Shown one piece after another: positions 63,112 to 64,000 of a stretch of 64,000 bases of DNA. The position numbers and the translations under genes were made by a program. Numbering within the stretch: position 1 is the stretch's first letter; each line of letters starts with the position of its first letter. Location of the stretch: contig OZ245002.1 of assembly GCA_965223415.1 (NCBI GenBank), positions 3,232,001 to 3,296,000 on the forward strand. Reading direction: 5' to 3'. This DNA is from Myxococcota bacterium. Lineage in GTDB: Bacteria > Myxococcota_A > UBA9160 > UBA6930. The notes under the pieces are model-generated. The model ran no database searches. It saw only the letters and a list, made by a program, of their open reading frames with translations, and had not been told where the DNA came from.

Positions 63112-64000
63112 ATGAGCGAGTTCGAATCCGATGGTGGCCGGCGGGGTCTCATGAGAGACGTCATGCGACGGATCTCCCCGAACGGTCCCCGCCCCGGAGA
63201 CGAGGACTCGCAGGCGTCCACGGAAGCGGAAACGGAGCGTGGGCAGGCGATGGCACGATCCCTTCACGACGAGATCGAAGACCTTCGAGAGGCGCTGCGC
63301 TTCTTCGGAGGGGACTCGGCGGAGTTCCGCCGCCGGCTCGATCGGCTGCTCGCCGAGTACGAGGCGATCCGTCGCCGGTTCCATCTCACGCGCGACCAGC
63401 TGACCGACGCCGAGCGGCAGAACGAGAAGCTGGTCGGCACGCTGCAGGAAGCCAAGCAGCAGATCGAGCTCCTCAAGGAGGAGGTCGACAAGCTGTGCGC
63501 CCCGCCGAACGGCTACGGCGTCTTCCAGCGCTCCAACAAGGACGGCACTGCCGAGATCGTCGTCGACGGCAAGTCGATGCGCGTCAACGTGCATCCGAAC
63601 GTCGACACCTCCCACTTCGAGGAGGGGCAGCTCGTCGTCCTGAACGAGGCCTTCAACATCGTCGAAGGTGCCGGCTTCACGGCGCGTGGCGAGATCATGT
63701 CGATCGTGGACATGCTGGGCGACGGCCGCGCCGTCGTGCTCGGCCACACCGACGACGAGCGGGTCGTGACCCTCTCGGACCCGCTGCGCCGGGAGCGCCT
63801 CAAGGTCGGCGACCACATCCTGGTCGATCCGCGCACCCAGTATGCCTTCGAGAAGATGCCGAAGTCGTCGGTGGAAGAGGTGGCCCTCGAAGAGGTCCCC
63901 GACATCACCTACGACCGCATCGGCGGCCTCGGCGAGCAGGTCGAGATCCTGCGCGACGCGATCGAGCTGCCCTACCTGCACCCGGACATCTTCGCGGAGC
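63112..64000 (+). CDS. arc: Proteasome ATPase ARC/Mpa, 5' part (runs off the window)
   Basis: Not in the ORF track. ATG 63112 with SD GGAGAGG (alternative starts 63151, 63250). Coiled coil QNEKLVGTLQEAKQQIELLKEEVDKL, CAPPNGYG, LNEAFNIV, tandem OB region, then EEVPDITYDRIGGL...RDAIELPYLHP. Confidence 0.92.
   Translation, partial: MSEFESDGGRRGLMRDVMRRISPNGPRPGDEDSQASTEAETERGQAMARSLHDEIEDLREALRFFGGDSAEFRRRLDRLLAEYEAIRRRFHLTRDQLTDAERQNEKLVGTLQEAKQQIELLKEEVDKLCAPPNGYGVFQRSNKDGTAEIVVDGKSMRVNVHPNVDTSHFEEGQLVVLNEAFNIVEGAGFTARGEIMSIVDMLGDGRAVVLGHTDDERVVTLSDPLRRERLKVGDHILVDPRTQYAFEKMPKSSVEEVALEEVPDITYDRIGGLGEQVEILRDAIELPYLHPDIFAE

Noticed and set aside
59168..63112. 1314-aa minus-strand ORF and other very long ORFs (26976-30122, 14930-17785, 20963-23599, 28765-31500)
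   Set aside because: Antisense or off-frame shadows of well-supported genes in high-GC DNA; no recognisable domains.
62795..63115. ORF upstream of arc as Pup/UBact
   Set aside because: It ends in ERAQ rather than GGE/GGQ and lacks the acidic helical pattern.
63115..63135. GTTCGAATCC as a tRNA T-loop
   Set aside because: No T-stem or cloverleaf; lies in the arc coding region.

Overview
High-GC bacterial DNA (roughly 70% GC by eye). LolA, Tat-exported proteins, a quinohemoprotein and a sigma54-type promoter point to a diderm; a Myxococcota/deltaproteobacteria-like organism is an inference only. Most of the window is catabolic, lipid and stress genes: a GMC oxidoreductase pair, MFS/ClC/DASS transporters, a Usp/CBS stress cluster, mscL, HAD-PlsC/gpsA/acyl-CoA ligase, two molybdopterin oxidoreductases, a PQQ-heme dehydrogenase, a haloalkane dehalogenase, a 4-subunit 2-oxoacid:ferredoxin oxidoreductase and two ECF sigma factors. 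It ends in ftsK-lolA and the 5' part of a proteasome ATPase (ARC/Mpa). Mobile DNA is dense. A frameshifted REP-associated tyrosine (HUH/Y1) transposase is flanked by inverted 32-nt REP units. Two free-standing perfect REP doublets share the core GGGGACGTTCCTT but have unrelated stems. There are also two IS5-family elements at CTAG, an IS630 flanked by an anomalous 65-bp direct repeat of an IS5 end, an ISNCY element at TAGCTA, an IS1-like element without a target duplication, and two decayed ~160-nt hairpin elements. Further signals are strand-symmetric codon skew next to several palindromic elements, many apparently leaderless genes, probable CTG starts, an Hsp20 remnant and a 28-aa membrane ORF missing from the ORF track. 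No rRNA, tRNA or CRISPR array was seen. All product calls come from motif recognition, not database searches.
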